Part shown: positions 13,413-25,828 of the stretch, piece by piece
Layout: the number at the start of each line of letters is the position of its first letter
Position numbering within the stretch: the stretch's first letter is position 1
Source of the DNA: Scenedesmus sp. PABB004
Taxonomy: Eukaryota
DNA length: 64,000 nt
NCBI GenBank assembly: GCA_014905635.1
Contig: JABVCE010000021.1
Coordinates: 124,001 to 188,000 of the forward strand
Reading direction: 5' to 3'
The notes under the pieces: generated by a model
What the model saw: the letters and a program-made list of their open reading frames with translations, nothing else
Told to the model about the DNA's origin: nothing
Databases searched by the model: none
Translations under genes and position numbers: made by a program

Positions 13413-15403
13413 GCCGGCGACGGCGGCGCGCGCGGCGACAGCGGCGCGCGCGGCGACAGCGGCGGCGGCGGCGCCGCCGGCGGCTCTGGCTCCGCCACGG
13501 GCTCAGAGCAGTCGCCCTGGAGACCGGAGCAGCATGCCAAGCTGATGGCGGACCAGCTGGGTCCCGCGTCGGCGCTCCTGGCCGCGCAGGCCCCCGGCGC
13601 GCCGCGGCAGCAGCGGCGCCCCTCGCCGCCAGGCCGGGGCGGGCCCGCGGTCGCCGCGGCCCGGGCGGGGGCGTCCGGGGAGGGCAGCGCGGCTGCCGAG
13701 GTCGGCGCAGGCGGCGTGCGGTCGCAGGGCGATGGCGCCGGCGGTGCCGCCGGCGCGAGCAGCATCAGCAACCTGCGCGAGCGCATGCGGCAGCGCGTCG
13801 CGTCGCGCGCCACGCACTCGGCGGCGCCGTCGCGCGGCAGCACGCGCGCGCCCAGCCCCGCGGCGCCGAGCGGCGGCGGCGGCGGCGGGCCCAAGCTGCC
13901 GCCGCTGCTGCCGTCCACGTCGAACGAGAGCGGCATCTTGGGCGTGCTGCAGCAGCTGCAGCTCAAGATGGGCGGCACGTTCAGCAAGCCCGGCGGCGCC
14001 GGCGGCGGCAGCAGCGCGCCGCCGGCCGCCAAGGCGCCTGCGGCGGGCGGCGCCAAGGCGCGCGGCGCGGCGGACCCGGCCGTGGCCGCGCTCGCGGCGC
14101 GCCAGGCGCGGCAGCGGGCGCTGATGATGCAGAAGGCGGCGCTGCGGGAGCAGCGGCAGGCAGCGTTCAAGCAGCTGCAGGCGGCGGCGGACGCGGGGCG
14201 CGCGCCGCCGCGTGTGGGCGCGGCCGCGGCGCCGGCCAAGCCCGCGCGCGGCCGGCGTCCCGCGAGCGATGCGCCGCCGCTGCCGGGGCTGGCGGACGTC
14301 GTGGCGCGCGCGGGCGCGCCCGAGGCGGTGCGCCGCCGGCTGCTGGCCGACTGCGCGGCGGGGCGGGCGCTGCCGCGGGACCCCGCGGAGCTGCAGCGCC
14401 GCCTGCTGCACTTCAGCACCGTCTCGCCGCTGCTGGGCGGCCCCGAGGCCGCCGCGGCCATCCTGGCGCGCGACGCCGGGGCGATGCTCATGTGCCCGGA
14501 GGCGCTGCGGGGCAAGCTCGACGGCCTGCAGCGCCTGCTGCAGCGGCGCGGCAGCGACGGCGACGGCGGCCGCGGCGGCCCGGGCGAGCCGGGCGGCGAG
14601 CCGGGCGGGCCGGGCGGCGGCGGCGGCCCCAGCGCAGAGGTGCTGGCGCTCGTGCGCTCGCACCCGGGCGTGCTGCGGCTCAGCGCGGACGCGCTGGAGG
14701 CACGGCTGGAGGCGCTGCAGGCGGCGCTGGGGCTGGCCAGCGCGGAGGAGGTGCTGCAGGTCGTGCGCTGGCAGCCGCGCGTGCTGTCCATGAACGCGTC
14801 GGCGCTGCAGCGCAAGGCCGAGTGCCTCGCGGCGGCGCTGCGCGTGCCGCCGGGCGCGGTGCAGGCGCTGCTGGCCAAGCAGCCGCTGCTGCTCAACCTC
14901 TCGGCCGACACGCTCGGCAGCAAGGCCGCGGCGCTGCAGGGCGTGCTGGGGCTGAGCGCGCTGGCGCTGTGGGAGATGGTGTCCTGCAAGCCGGGCGTGC
15001 TGCTGTTCAGCGCCGACAAGCTCGCCGACAAGTGGCGCGACCTGCAGCAGCTCGCGGGTGCGGGGCTGCGCGCGCGCGCGGCGGGGCGCGGCGCGGCGCA
15101 GCCGCCGGCGGGGGCCTGCGCGCCGCCGCCCTCACCTGCGCCGCGCTCACGGCCCGCGCCCGCGCCGCGCGCGCAGCCTCGCACCCGCGCTGGCGGGGCG
15201 AGCTCGCGGAGCTCAGCCCCGCGTCGCTCGTGCAGCTCCTCACGGCGAGCGAGCCGCGGCTGGCGCGGCTGCGCCACGTCGCCGAGGTGGGCGGGCAGGA
15301 GGGCGCGAGCCTCTACTACACCGTGGCGGGGCAGAGCGAGGCGGCGTTCCGGGCGCGGCACCCCGGCTTTGCGGCGGCGCGCGCGCGCCGGGCTGGCGGC
15401 TGA
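13266..15403 (+). CDS. mTERF-family organellar protein (2 exons: 13266-15057, 15177-15403)
   Basis: mTERF-type repeats LVRSHPGVLRLSADALEARLEAL, VVRWQPRVLSMNASALQRKAECL, LLAKQPLLLNLSADTLGSKAAAL, MVSCKPGVLLFSADKL; C-terminus SEAAFRARHPGF; transit-like N-terminus. Confidence 0.8.
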
Positions 15404-15644
15404 GCCGCCGCCATCTGAACCGCGCATGCGGCACGCGCCGGTTGCGATGCTCCAGCGCCGCGCTAGCCCGCAGAGGCCGCGGATGCCGGCCCCTATAGCG
15501 TAGGAGCGCGCCCCGTTTCGCGAGCAGCCGCCGGTCAAACGGGCCCGCAGCCCACAGACGGCCGCACCGACCACGCGCGGGCATCATCGAGCCATCTCTC
15601 GGCGTCCTGGACGCGCGACGGGAGCAGCACCCGCTTTCGGCGCG

Positions 15645-18600
15645 ATGCGGAGCCCAGACCGCTCCGGCGCAGCGGGCAGCGGCGAGCTCATGCGAAAGAT
15701 CATGCACGCCACGCCGGTGACGCCACAACCTCCTCGGCGCGACCCAGACCGCAACCCGGTGGCGCACCCGAGCGACGCGGGGCAGCAGCAGCGCGCGGCG
15801 GCGCTGGCGGCGCGCGGCGGCTCGCCGCAGCCCGGCCAGCTGCAGCTGCCGCCGGCGCGCCAGGCGTGGGGCACGCTGCAGCTGGGAGCTGGCAGCCCCG
15901 CCAGCGGTGCCGGCAGCCCCGGCGGCAAGCTCCCGCCGCTGGCCGACGCCTGGCCCGGCGACGCGGGCACGCCACGCGCGAGCGGCGGCGGCGGCGGCTG
16001 GGTCAGCCCGTCGGCGTCGCCGGCCGGGCGCGCCGCGTCGGCGGGCGGCGTGTTCCCGCAGTCGCCGACGGTGCCGGCGGGGCCGCCGCTGCGCAACAGC
16101 ATCAGCGCCGTGGCCGCCTCGCCCTCGTCGGGCGCGTGGGGCCTGGAGGAGCGCGTCGCGCACGCGGAGGGGCGCGCGCTGGCGGCAGAGCGCGCGGCGC
16201 TCGAGGCGGCGCGCGCGGCGGAGCTGGCCGGCCGGCGCGCGGGCGAGGTGGCGGCGGCGCTCGCGCGCGCGGGCGCCGACATCGGCGACGTGCGCGGCCG
16301 GCACGACGCGGCGGCCGCGGCAGCGGAGCAGCTGCAGTCGCTCGTGGCGCAGCAGGCGCACCAGCTGGCGGCACTGCAGGCGCAGCAGGCGGCGGCGCTG
16401 GGCGCGGTGCAGCAGCGCGCGGCGGCCGCGGCGGCGGCGGGCGCCGCCGAGTCGGCGGCCGTGCGCCAGGGCGCCGCAGGGCTGGCCAGCGAGCTGAGCG
16501 CGCGGCAGGCGGCGCTGCTCGCTGACATGGCCGCGCTCGCGGTGGAGGTGGAGGGCTACCGGTGCGCGCTGGGCACGCGGGGGGCGCAGCACGGGCTCGC
16601 ACACGGCGGCCCAGGCGGCGCGGTCATGGCGGCGTGGCGCCACACTGCGCCCGCCGCGCCCGCCGTGCCCGCGCGCAGGCAGGAGGCGCAGTCCGCCGCC
16701 GGCGCGCTGCGAGGCCACGTGGGGCGCCTCAACATGCGCCTCGCCGCAGAGGCGGAGGGCATCGAGGGCCTGCGCCGTGGCGCCGCGGCGGCGGCGGCGG
16801 CCGAGGCGGCCGCGCTGGCGGGGCTGCAAGAGCAGGTGCGCGAGCTGGCCAGCTCGCTGGCCTCGTCGCAGCAGCAGCTGGCGGCCGCGGAGGCAGCTCG
16901 CCGCGCCGACGCGGCTGCGGCAGAGTCGCGGCTCGCGGCGGTGCAGCGCAACATGGCGGATGGCGAGGCGGGACTGCTGCGGCGGCTCACGGGTGCGGGC
17001 GCGCGGCGCGGCGCTGCCTGAGCGGCGGCAGGGGTCCGGACCGGGACGGGGTCCCGTCCCGGTCGCGCGGGCCGATGCGGCGCCGCCCGCCCCGGCCGCC
17101 AGACCTGCTGGACGCGCGCGCGCGCGAGGTGGCCGCGGCGCTCACCGGGGCGGAGCAGCGCGCGGCCGACCGGGACGAGGCAGCGCGGCGCGCCGTGGAG
17201 TCGTCGCTGAGCGCGCTCGTGTCGAGCTCGCTCGCGTCCGAGGCGCACAACCTGGAACGCCTCGCGGCGCTCGAGGGCGGCCTCGCGGGCGTCGCGGCCG
17301 CGGCGTCGGCAGCGCAGGCGGCGCTCGCCGACGCCACGGCGGCGGGCCTGGCCCAGGTCGCCGCCGCGGCGGCTGGCGGGCGCGGCGCGGTGGAGGGGCG
17401 CGAGGCCGAGCTGCGGGGCGAGATCAACGACGCGCTGCGCAAGATGCGGGCCTTCGCGCGCGACATGGAGGTGACCGCCCGGCGGCGGCGGGGCGCCTGG
17501 CGGAGGCGGGGCCGCACCGCGTGGCGGCCTGCAGCGGCCGCGGCGGCGGCGACGGCTGCGCGCGCGGCCTGCCGCCCCTGCTCAGCCCCGCCGCCGCGGC
17601 CGCGCTGGCAGGAGTCGCTGGACCGCGAGCGCGTGGCGCTGGAGGGCGTGGTCAAGGCGGAGATACGGGCGCGCCGCCACGCGGACAAGGGCCTCGGCGC
17701 GGGCGTGGCGGAGGCCGCGGCGGGCGTGGCGCGGCTGCGGGGGGACGTCGCCGCGCTGGGCGAGAGCCACGACGCGGCGGCCGCGGCGCTCGCCGCCCAC
17801 GCGGCGTCCACGCGCGCCGCGGTGGCCCAGCTGCGGCAGTGGTTTGACGCCAACCAGGTCGACGCGGTGCTGGCGGGCGAGGTGCTGCGCCAGGAGGCGG
17901 CCGAGGCGGCGGCGGCGGCCGAGACGGCCACGCGCGGCGCGCTGCTGGGGCTGGAGGGCCGCCTCGAGGCGCACCACGGGGAGCTGCTGGAGGCGCGCGC
18001 GGCGGCGCACGCGCAGGCGACCGCGCTGCAGGCGCGGGCGGAGGCGGCCGCGGCCGCGGCGGGCGGGCAGCTGGCGGCGCTGCGCGAGGACGTCGCGCGT
18101 GCCGCGGCGGCGGCGGCGGGCGCTGCCGAGGAGGCGGCCGTGGGCGGCCGGCTCGCCGCCGCCGCTGCGGCGGCGGGCGAGGCGCTGCACGGCCGGCTCA
18201 CCGCGCACGCCGGGGAGCTCGCGGCGGCGCGCGACGGCCTGGCGCACTCGCTGCTGGACGCGCGGGCCGCGGCCGAGACGCGGCTGGGCAGGCTCGACAC
18301 GGGGCTGGCCGAGCTCCGCGCGGGCGCCGCCGAGACCGGCGCCGAGCTGCGCGCCGCGCTCGCGGCGACGGAGGAGGGCCTGCGCGCGCGGCACAGCGCG
18401 GCGGTGGCGCAGATGCAGCAGGCGCTCGAGCGCGCGCGCGCGGCGGGCGCGGGCGAGCTGCGCGACGCGCTCGCGGCGGTCGACCGCCGCGCGGCCGAGG
18501 CGGAGGCGGCCTCGGCGGGCGGCGTGGCGGGCCTGCGCGAGCAGGTCGTGCATGGGCTGGCCGCCACGGACGCGCGCCTGGGCGGCCTCGAGGCCGCCGC

Positions 18601-20915
18601 GGGCGCCGCCGCGGCGGCGCTGGACCAGCACGCCGCCGCGCTGGAGCAGCACGGCGCGGCGCTGGGGCAGCTCGCGGCGGCGGCGGCCGGCGCGGACGAG
18701 GCGCTGGCACAGCTGGTGGCGCGGTCAGCCGCGCTGGAGGCGTCGGCGACGGGCGCGGCTGAGTCGGGCGAGGCGCTGGCGGCGCAGGCGGCCGCGCTCG
18801 AGGCAGGCGTGGCGGAGGGTGTGGCCGTCGCGGCGCAGCACGCCGAGCGCATCGCGGCGCTGGAGGCGTCGGCGCTGGACGCGTCGGACGCCCTGCAGGC
18901 GCACGACGCGCGCTTGGGCAACGCGGCCGCGCTCGCGACCAATCAGGGCCGCACACTGCAGCTGCTCGGCGCGAAACTGGACGCCGCGTCGGACGCCGCG
19001 GCGCAGCAGCTCGCGGCCGCGGCGGCGGCGCTGCGCGCAGACGCGGCCGACGCGGCTGCCGCAAGGGCGGCTGCCGCCGACGGCGTGCTGCAGCTGGTGT
19101 CGCGGCACACCGACGAGCTGGCGTCGCTTGGCGAGGCGCTCGCGCAGGCCCAGACGGAGGCCGCGGAGGGGCTGGCAGACCTGGGCGCGCGCCTGGAGGA
19201 GCGCCTCGACACGGCGCTGTGCGACGCGGAGGCGGCGCTGGCCGCGACGGAGGCGCAGCTGCGCGGCGAGGCGGCCGAGTCGGCGGCCGAGTCGGCCGCC
19301 GCGACAGCCGCGCTGGAGCGGCGCGTGGGCGCCCTGGCGGCGGAGGTGGCGGCCACGGGCGACGCGCTGGTCGAGCAGCTCGCGTCGGGTCTGGGCGAGG
19401 CAGCCGAGGCAGCGGCCGCCGGCCGCGCCGAGCTGCTGGGCCTGCTGGAGGAGGGCTTTGCCGCCGCCGAGCACGCGAGCGCGACGACCGCGGCGGGCGC
19501 CGCCGAGCGGGCAGACGCGGCTGCGACGCTGACGGCAAGGCTGGGCGAGCTCGGCGCGGCGCTGCAGGCGGAGCAGGCAGAGCGCCGCGAGGCGCTCGAC
19601 GGCGTCTGGCAGCAGCTGAGGGACAGCTCCGAAGCGCTGCAGCAGCTGCGCATCAAGGCGGCCGACCACGAGGCGCAGGCAGAAGCGTGCCAGGCGACGC
19701 TGGCTGCGCAGCGCGCTGAGCTGGCGCGTGGCACCGAGCAGCTTGCTGCGCACGAGGCAGGGCTTGAGGCCCTCACTGCGCGGCTGGAGGCGCAGGCCCT
19801 GGCCGCCGACGAGGCGGCGGCGGCCGCGGAGGGCCTGGGCGCGCGGCTGGCCGACGCCGAGCAGCAGTGCAGCGCAGCGCAGGGCGCTGCGGCGGCCGGC
19901 GCGGAGGCGACGCTGCGGGCGGCGCTGTCCCAGCTGCAGGAGCAGCTTGATGGCAGCGGCGAGGAGCTACGGGCGGGCCTGGCCCGCCTCGACGAGCAGC
20001 TGCAGCAGCAGCAGCAGGAACAGCAGGCGGCGCTGGCGCAGGCACAGGCGGCGTCGGCTGCCGCGCTCGCGGAGCAGGCGGCCGCGGCGGAGCGGCTCGA
20101 GCGGGCGCAGCGCGAGCTCCAGGCCGGGCTGGAGGGCCTGCGCACCTCCGCGCACGCGGGGGCGGAGTGGCAGGAGCAGCTGGCGCTCACGCGGCAGCTG
20201 CTGGAGCAGCAGCACGCCGCCACGGCCGACGCGCTGGCCGCGCAGCTGCAGGACCAGGCCGCCGCCGCCGCAGCGGGCGCGCAGCAGGCGTCGGGCGAGC
20301 TGGTGCAGCTGCGGCAGGCGGTCGCGGCGGGCGCGGCAGAGACGGCAGCGCGGCAGGAGGCGCTGGCGGGCGCGGACGAGCAGCTGCAGCGGCAGCTCGA
20401 GCAGGACCGCGACGCCTGGACGCGGGCGCTGGCCGCCGCGGAGGAGCAGCTCGCCCGCGCGGGCGGCGCGGGGGAGGTGCAGGCGGACGCGCTGCGAGCA
20501 GAGCTGGCGTCCAAGGTTTGCGCGGCGGCGCGCGCGCGCGCGGGCCCGGCCCGCGGCGCACCTCCCGAGCCGCGCGCGCCGCTCACCGCCGGCAGCGCTG
20601 CCCGCGCCCGCCGCGCAGGTCGAGGGCGCCTGTGCGGCGCTGGTGGCGCAGCTGCAGGCGCTGGAGGCGCGGCAGGAGGGGGCGCTGTCGGGGGCGCAGC
20701 TCGCGGCCGAGCGGGACGTGCTGCGCTCAGAGGTGGCGGCTGGCCTGGAGCGAAAGATGCACGCCGCACTCGACGCCGCGCTCCTGACGCTCAAGGCCGA
20801 GGCCGCTGCCTCGGGGGGCGCGGCGCCCGAGGACGCCGCGCTGCGCCGCGAGTTCGACGAGATGCGCGCCGCCATCCGCCGCAACGCGCAGTGGCTGCTC
20901 CAGTCGCCGGCGTGA
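15645..20915 (+). CDS. Very long Ala/Glu/Leu/Gln-rich coiled-coil protein, multi-exon
   Basis: Continuous heptad-like sequence (EINDALRKMRAFARDME|ESLDRERVALEGVVKAEIRARR). Introns near 16562-16678, 16993-17102, 17471-17611 and 20516-20618; TGA ends at 20915. Confidence 0.7.
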
Positions 20916-21233
20916 GTGAGAGCGGCGGCGGGGCGCCGGCGGCGGTTGCGCTGCGCGGCGGCGCGCTCCAGCGGAACCGCGGCGGTTGTCGAGACGCGAC
21001 GTGAGCGCAGGCAGCCGTGAACGCCCGCCCTCACGCGACACGCTGCCCCGCAAGCGCAGCTCCAGCACACACCTCTCGTCGATCAGCTGCTCGGAGGTCC
21101 CCCGCCGCGCAGCCCGGCCTCGCAGACCGCAAGCACCGCCTGCTGCGTCAACAGCGCCGCGGTTCCTTCCACCCCAGCCCGCGCGGGCGATCGGGGCGCG
21201 CGCCGCGCGACCGGGGGCGAGGCGGGGCGCAAA

Positions 21234-22883
21234 ATGTCGCGCGGCGGCTCCGGCTACGACCGGCACATCACCATCTTCAGCCCGGAGGGCCGGCTCTTCC
21301 AAGTCGGTGAGCCGGGGGCGCGGCGGGGCGCCGGGCGCGCCGGCACGGCGCAGCGCGGCGCGCAGCAGCGGCGGCGGTCGCGCGGGCGCCGCCGCGGCCG
21401 CGCCGCCGCGCCGGCGCGCCTGATCCGGCTCCGGTCCGCTCGGGGCGGCCGCCAGCCGCGGACATGGGCGGCGCCGGGGGCGGCGGTGGCGGCGGCGCCG
21501 CGCGGCAGCGGGGGCAACCGCCCTCACCTCATGCGCGCGCGTGCAGAGTATGCCTTCAAGGCGGTGCGCCAGTCGGGCGTGACGTCCATCGGCGTGCGCG
21601 GCAACGACTGCGTGGTGTTCGTGACGCAGAAGAAGGCGCGCGCGAGAGAGAGAGCAGCGGCGGCGCCGGCGGTTGGCGCGGCGCGCTGCCGCCGCGCTGC
21701 CCCTGCGCTGCGGCGGCCCACGCGCCGTGCGGCCCCCCTGGCCGCGCCGCGTGGGGGCGCAGGTGCAGGACAAGCTGATCGACCCCACCAGCGTCAGCCG
21801 CTGCTACCGCGTCACCAAGCACATCGGCATGCTCTGCACCGGCCTGCCGGGTGCGGCGCGGCGCGGCAGCCGCGGCGCAGGGCCCCGGCGCGCCCCGCCT
21901 GGCCGCCGCCTGGCCTGACGGCCGCCGCCTGGCCTGACGACCGCCGCCTGGCCGCCCGCCGCAGCCGACGCGCGCAGCATCGTGCAGCAGGCGCGGCACC
22001 AGGCGGCGGAGTTTCGGTTCACCTACGGCTACGAGGTCCCCGTGGACTACCTGGCAAAGGTGCTCGCCGACAAGGCACAGGTCTACACGCAGGTGTGCGC
22101 GCGCGTGCGCCCCGCGCGGATGGGTTGGAGCCGGGCGGGGCGCCGCGGGCGGGCAGGGCGCGCGCCACGCGGGGGCCGTCGCCCACGCGCCGACGCGCCG
22201 CCGCCGCCGCTGCCGCCGCCCTGCTCGCCTGCGCGGCGGCGCGCGCAGCACGCGTACATGCGGCCGCTGGGCGTGATCTCGATGCTCATCAGTGTCGACG
22301 ACGAGCGCGGGCCCTGCCTCTTCAAGGCGCGGCGCTGCGCTGAGCCACCGGGGCGCGCCGCGCCGGGGGCACGCGCCGCACCCGCCCGCGCGGTCGCCCC
22401 GCGCCGCCCGCGCCTCCGCCTGCGCCCACGCCGCGCCACGCCGCGCTGCCCGCACGCTGTGTGGCGCAGGTTGACCCGGCTGGGTACTACGTGGGGTACA
22501 AGGCCACCGCGGTGGGGGCCAAGGAGACTGAGGCGGTCAACTTCCTGGAGAAGCGCGTCAAGGCGGCGCCGGGGGGCTTCTCGTACAGCGAGGCCGCGTG
22601 CACCGCGATCACCGCGCTGCAGGCACGTCGGGGGCGTGTGGCGCGGGGCTGGGACAGCGGCGCGCGGGGGTGCGGGGTGGGTGGGTGGTGGTGCGCGGCG
22701 GGGCCCCAGGCCGCCGCTGACGCGACGCGCGCGCCGCCGCGCGGCGCTGCGCAGAACGTGCTGAGCGAGGAGTTCAAGGCGTCCGAGATGGAGGTCGGCG
22801 TGGTCACGGCGGACGGTGGCTTCCGCGTGCTGCCGGTGGAGGAGGTGGACGCCTTCCTCACCACCATCAGCGAGCGCGACTGA
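21234..22883 (+). CDS. PSMA6: 20S proteasome subunit alpha type-6 (alpha1), 7 exons
   Basis: GYDRHITIFSPEGRLFQV|EYAFKAV, AAEFRFTYGYEVPVDYLAKVLADKAQVYTQ|HAYMRPLG, DPAGYYVGYKATAVGAKETEAVNFLEK, C-terminus ISERD*. Confidence 0.97.
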
Positions 22884-22954
22884 CGGCGGCGACGACGAGA
22901 CGCGCGGCGCACCGGCCGGCGCGCGGCACGCGCGGCGGCGCGCTGCGCGGTCGC

Positions 22955-22959
22955 TGTAA
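22955..22959 (+). promoter_or_regulatory. TGTAA polyadenylation signal
   Basis: About 70 nt after the PSMA6 stop. Confidence 0.6.
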
Positions 22960-23224
22960 TTGTACGCCCCCGCCGGGCGCACACGGCGGGCGCCGCAGCC
23001 CGGCGCGCGGCCGGCCGGGGCTTTGGCGGCCGCGCGCAACCCCGCAGGGCGCAGCGGCGGCGGCGCACGCGCTGCCTGCAGGGTCGCACGCCGCTGCTCC
23101 GCCCGCTCAGCCGCGTGCTGCCGGCCACCCGCTCTTCTCCGTCAGCCCGGCGCCCCTGCACGCACTGCCCGCCGGCAGCAGCAGCAGCAAGCGGGCAAGA
23201 GCGAGCAGCGGCGGGCGCACGGCC

Positions 23225-24395
23225 ATGGCGGCGCCCTTCGCAACGCTGGGGCTGGACCCCACGGCCACCAAGGAGCAGGCGCGCGCTGCGGGCACCATGG
23301 CGCGCGGCACGCGGCGCCGCCGCTGCCGCCGTCGACCGCTCGTAATCGGGCTGCGCCGTCGCCGACCGCCAGCGGCCGGCGGGGCACGCGCCCCGGCCAG
23401 CGCTGCATGAGCCCCGGCCAGCGCAGCCGCCTGCGGCCGGCGCGATCGCGCCGCCGCTGCCGCCGCCGCTCGGCTGCGCCGGCGGCCCCGCGGGCGCTCA
23501 CCAGCCAGCGGCCGGGCGGACGCGCGCGCAGGTGAAGGAGGCGTTCCGGCGGCTGGTCTGGCAGCACCACCCCGACAAGGCGGCGCCAGAGGCGCGCGCG
23601 GCGGCCGAGGCCAAGTTCAAAGAGGCGCGGCGCCGGCGCGGCGCGGCGCGCGGCGGCTGCACGGCGGCTGCTGCGCCCGGCGCGGCGCCGCGCTGCCGCG
23701 CCCCCCTGGCTGACGCTCGCGCGCCCCTCCCTCGCGCGTGGCCCTCGCGCCGCGGCACGCCGCAGGTGAAGCTGGCGTACGAGGCGATCCTGGAGCGCGA
23801 GGCGGGGTACCGCCCGCCGCCGCCCGGCGCGCCGCCGAGCGCGGCGCACGCCGAGGCGTACTGGCACGCGCACTCGGCCGACGGCCGCGTGCCGTGGGGC
23901 CAGTTTGCGGGCTACGAGAGCGAGTGGGGCTTCTACAGGGCCATGATGCGCGGCGGGCGCAACAACATGGCCCTGCTCACCGTGCTCGGCCTCTGCGCCA
24001 TCCCCGCGGTCGCGGCGGGCGCGGCGATTGTGCAGAGGCGCGCCGCCGCTGCCGCGCGCCGCCGCCGCGCCCGCCACGCCGCGCCCGCCAGGTGCCACAC
24101 GTGCCCGCCCGCTCACCGCGCGCCCGCGTGGTGCCGCGCGCGCGCGCCGCGCAGCATGATGATGGAGAGCCGCGCGGCGGGCGAGGAGCTCGACACGGGC
24201 GGCCTCGACCCGCTGCGCCCCGACAGCTACGTCATCAACGGCCAGGTCACCGCGGCAAACCCCTGGGCCGCAAACGTGGTCAACAAGAGCCAGACCTGGC
24301 GCGAGGCGCAGGCGCGGCGGCGAGCCGCGCGCCACGCGGCCGAGGGCGGCGGCGGCGACGGCGGGGGCGGGGGCGCGAGCGGGAGCGCGAGCTAG
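23225..24395 (+). CDS. DnaJ-domain protein with one predicted TM helix, 4 exons
   Basis: PFATLGLDPTATKEQ|VKEAFRRLVWQHHPDK...EAKFKE|VKLAYEAI contains the HPD motif; hydrophobic ALLTVLGLCAIPAVAAGAAIV. Confidence 0.9.
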
Positions 24396-25048
24396 GCAGC
24401 AGCAGGCAGCCCGGGGGGCGCGACGTGCAACGGTCGGCGGCACGTCGTTGAACCGCGGGCCTGAGCTGCCGCAAGCGCGGCAGAGCGCAGCCCGGCAGAC
24501 CGCAGCCGCTTCAGCCGCCAAACAGCGCCGCCGTCGACCGCGCGCGCCACCGGCGCCGCCGCTGAGCAGTGCGAGAGCAGCGGCGACCGACGCCGCCAAG
24601 CGCCAGGCAGCCGAGGGATCCCGCTCGTGCGCTCGGCACACGCGACGGCGCCAGCCGCTCGGATCTGCGGCACCAACAGCGCGGGCACTGCGAACGACGG
24701 GCGGCGGCGGGGCGAGCAGCGAAGCGCCGGCCGCTGCAGCCGGCAGGGCGCTCGGATCACCAGGCCTCCGCGGCGGTGAGCTCAGCATCCAAACGGCACC
24801 AGGGCGGCGCGCCTGGTCGCCCAGCGCGCCCTGCCGGCGCGGCGGTTGCGCCGCCGCTGATGTCCCTCGCGCCGCGGCCGCCGCGCAGCCGCTCAACCGC
24901 CCCCCTGCGCCCGCTGCTGCGCAGCCCTCCAGCCGCTGAGGTGACGGCGGCGGCGGCGGCGCGCATGGCGGCAGGGCGCCGCGCGCGGCGCGGGCAGCAG
25001 CAGGCGTGGCAGCGCTGCGGGCGCTGAGCGCTGCGAGCCGCCGGCATC

Positions 25049-25796
25049 ATGAGCGGCGGCGGGCAGCCGCCGCCGCACGGCGCGCCGCCGAGGTTCTCGC
25101 TGGCGGACGAGCTGGTGAGCGCCGGCGCTTGCTCGCAGCAGGCGCCTCCGCCGTTGGTTCCCGCGCCGCGGCGCTCACCAGCTCGCTCGCCCGCGCCGCT
25201 GCCGCCCCCTGCCGGCGCTCGCAGGACCTCCTTGACTTCAGCAGCAGCAGCAGCCCCACGCCATTTGCGGGGGGTGCACCCGTCGCAGCAGCGGCGCCGG
25301 CGGCGGCAGGCGGGCCCAGCCGGAGCCCCGTGCCAGCGCAGCACCCGCTGCAGCAGCAGCCGCACGCCCAGGCCGGCGTGGGCGACCTGCTGGGCCTGTC
25401 CTCCGGCCTGGGCGGCAGCGGCTCGTTCGGCGCGTTCGCAGCCGCGGCGGCCCCGCCGGGCGGCGGCGGCGGCGGTCCAGCGGCGGCGCCGCAGGACGCC
25501 GCGCAGGTGCTATCGCTGCGAGGCGGCACGCACTCGGCGTCGGGGCCGCCCTTCCGCGCGGGTGTGTGCGCACGCGCCGGCGGCGGGGCGGTGGCGCGCC
25601 CGCTGCGGCCGCCGCTGCCAGGGCGTTGCGGCGAGCGCGCGCGTCTGCCGCCGCCGCCGTCGCGCAGGCTCGCTCGCATACAGTGACCTGCTGGGCCTGG
25701 ACGACGGCGACGGCGACCACCCCCTGGACGCGCCGGCGGGCGCCGATGCCACGCTCATCCTCGCGGGCGAGGCGCCGCCGCCGCTCGGCGCGTCGT

Positions 25797-25828
<32 letters not shown>
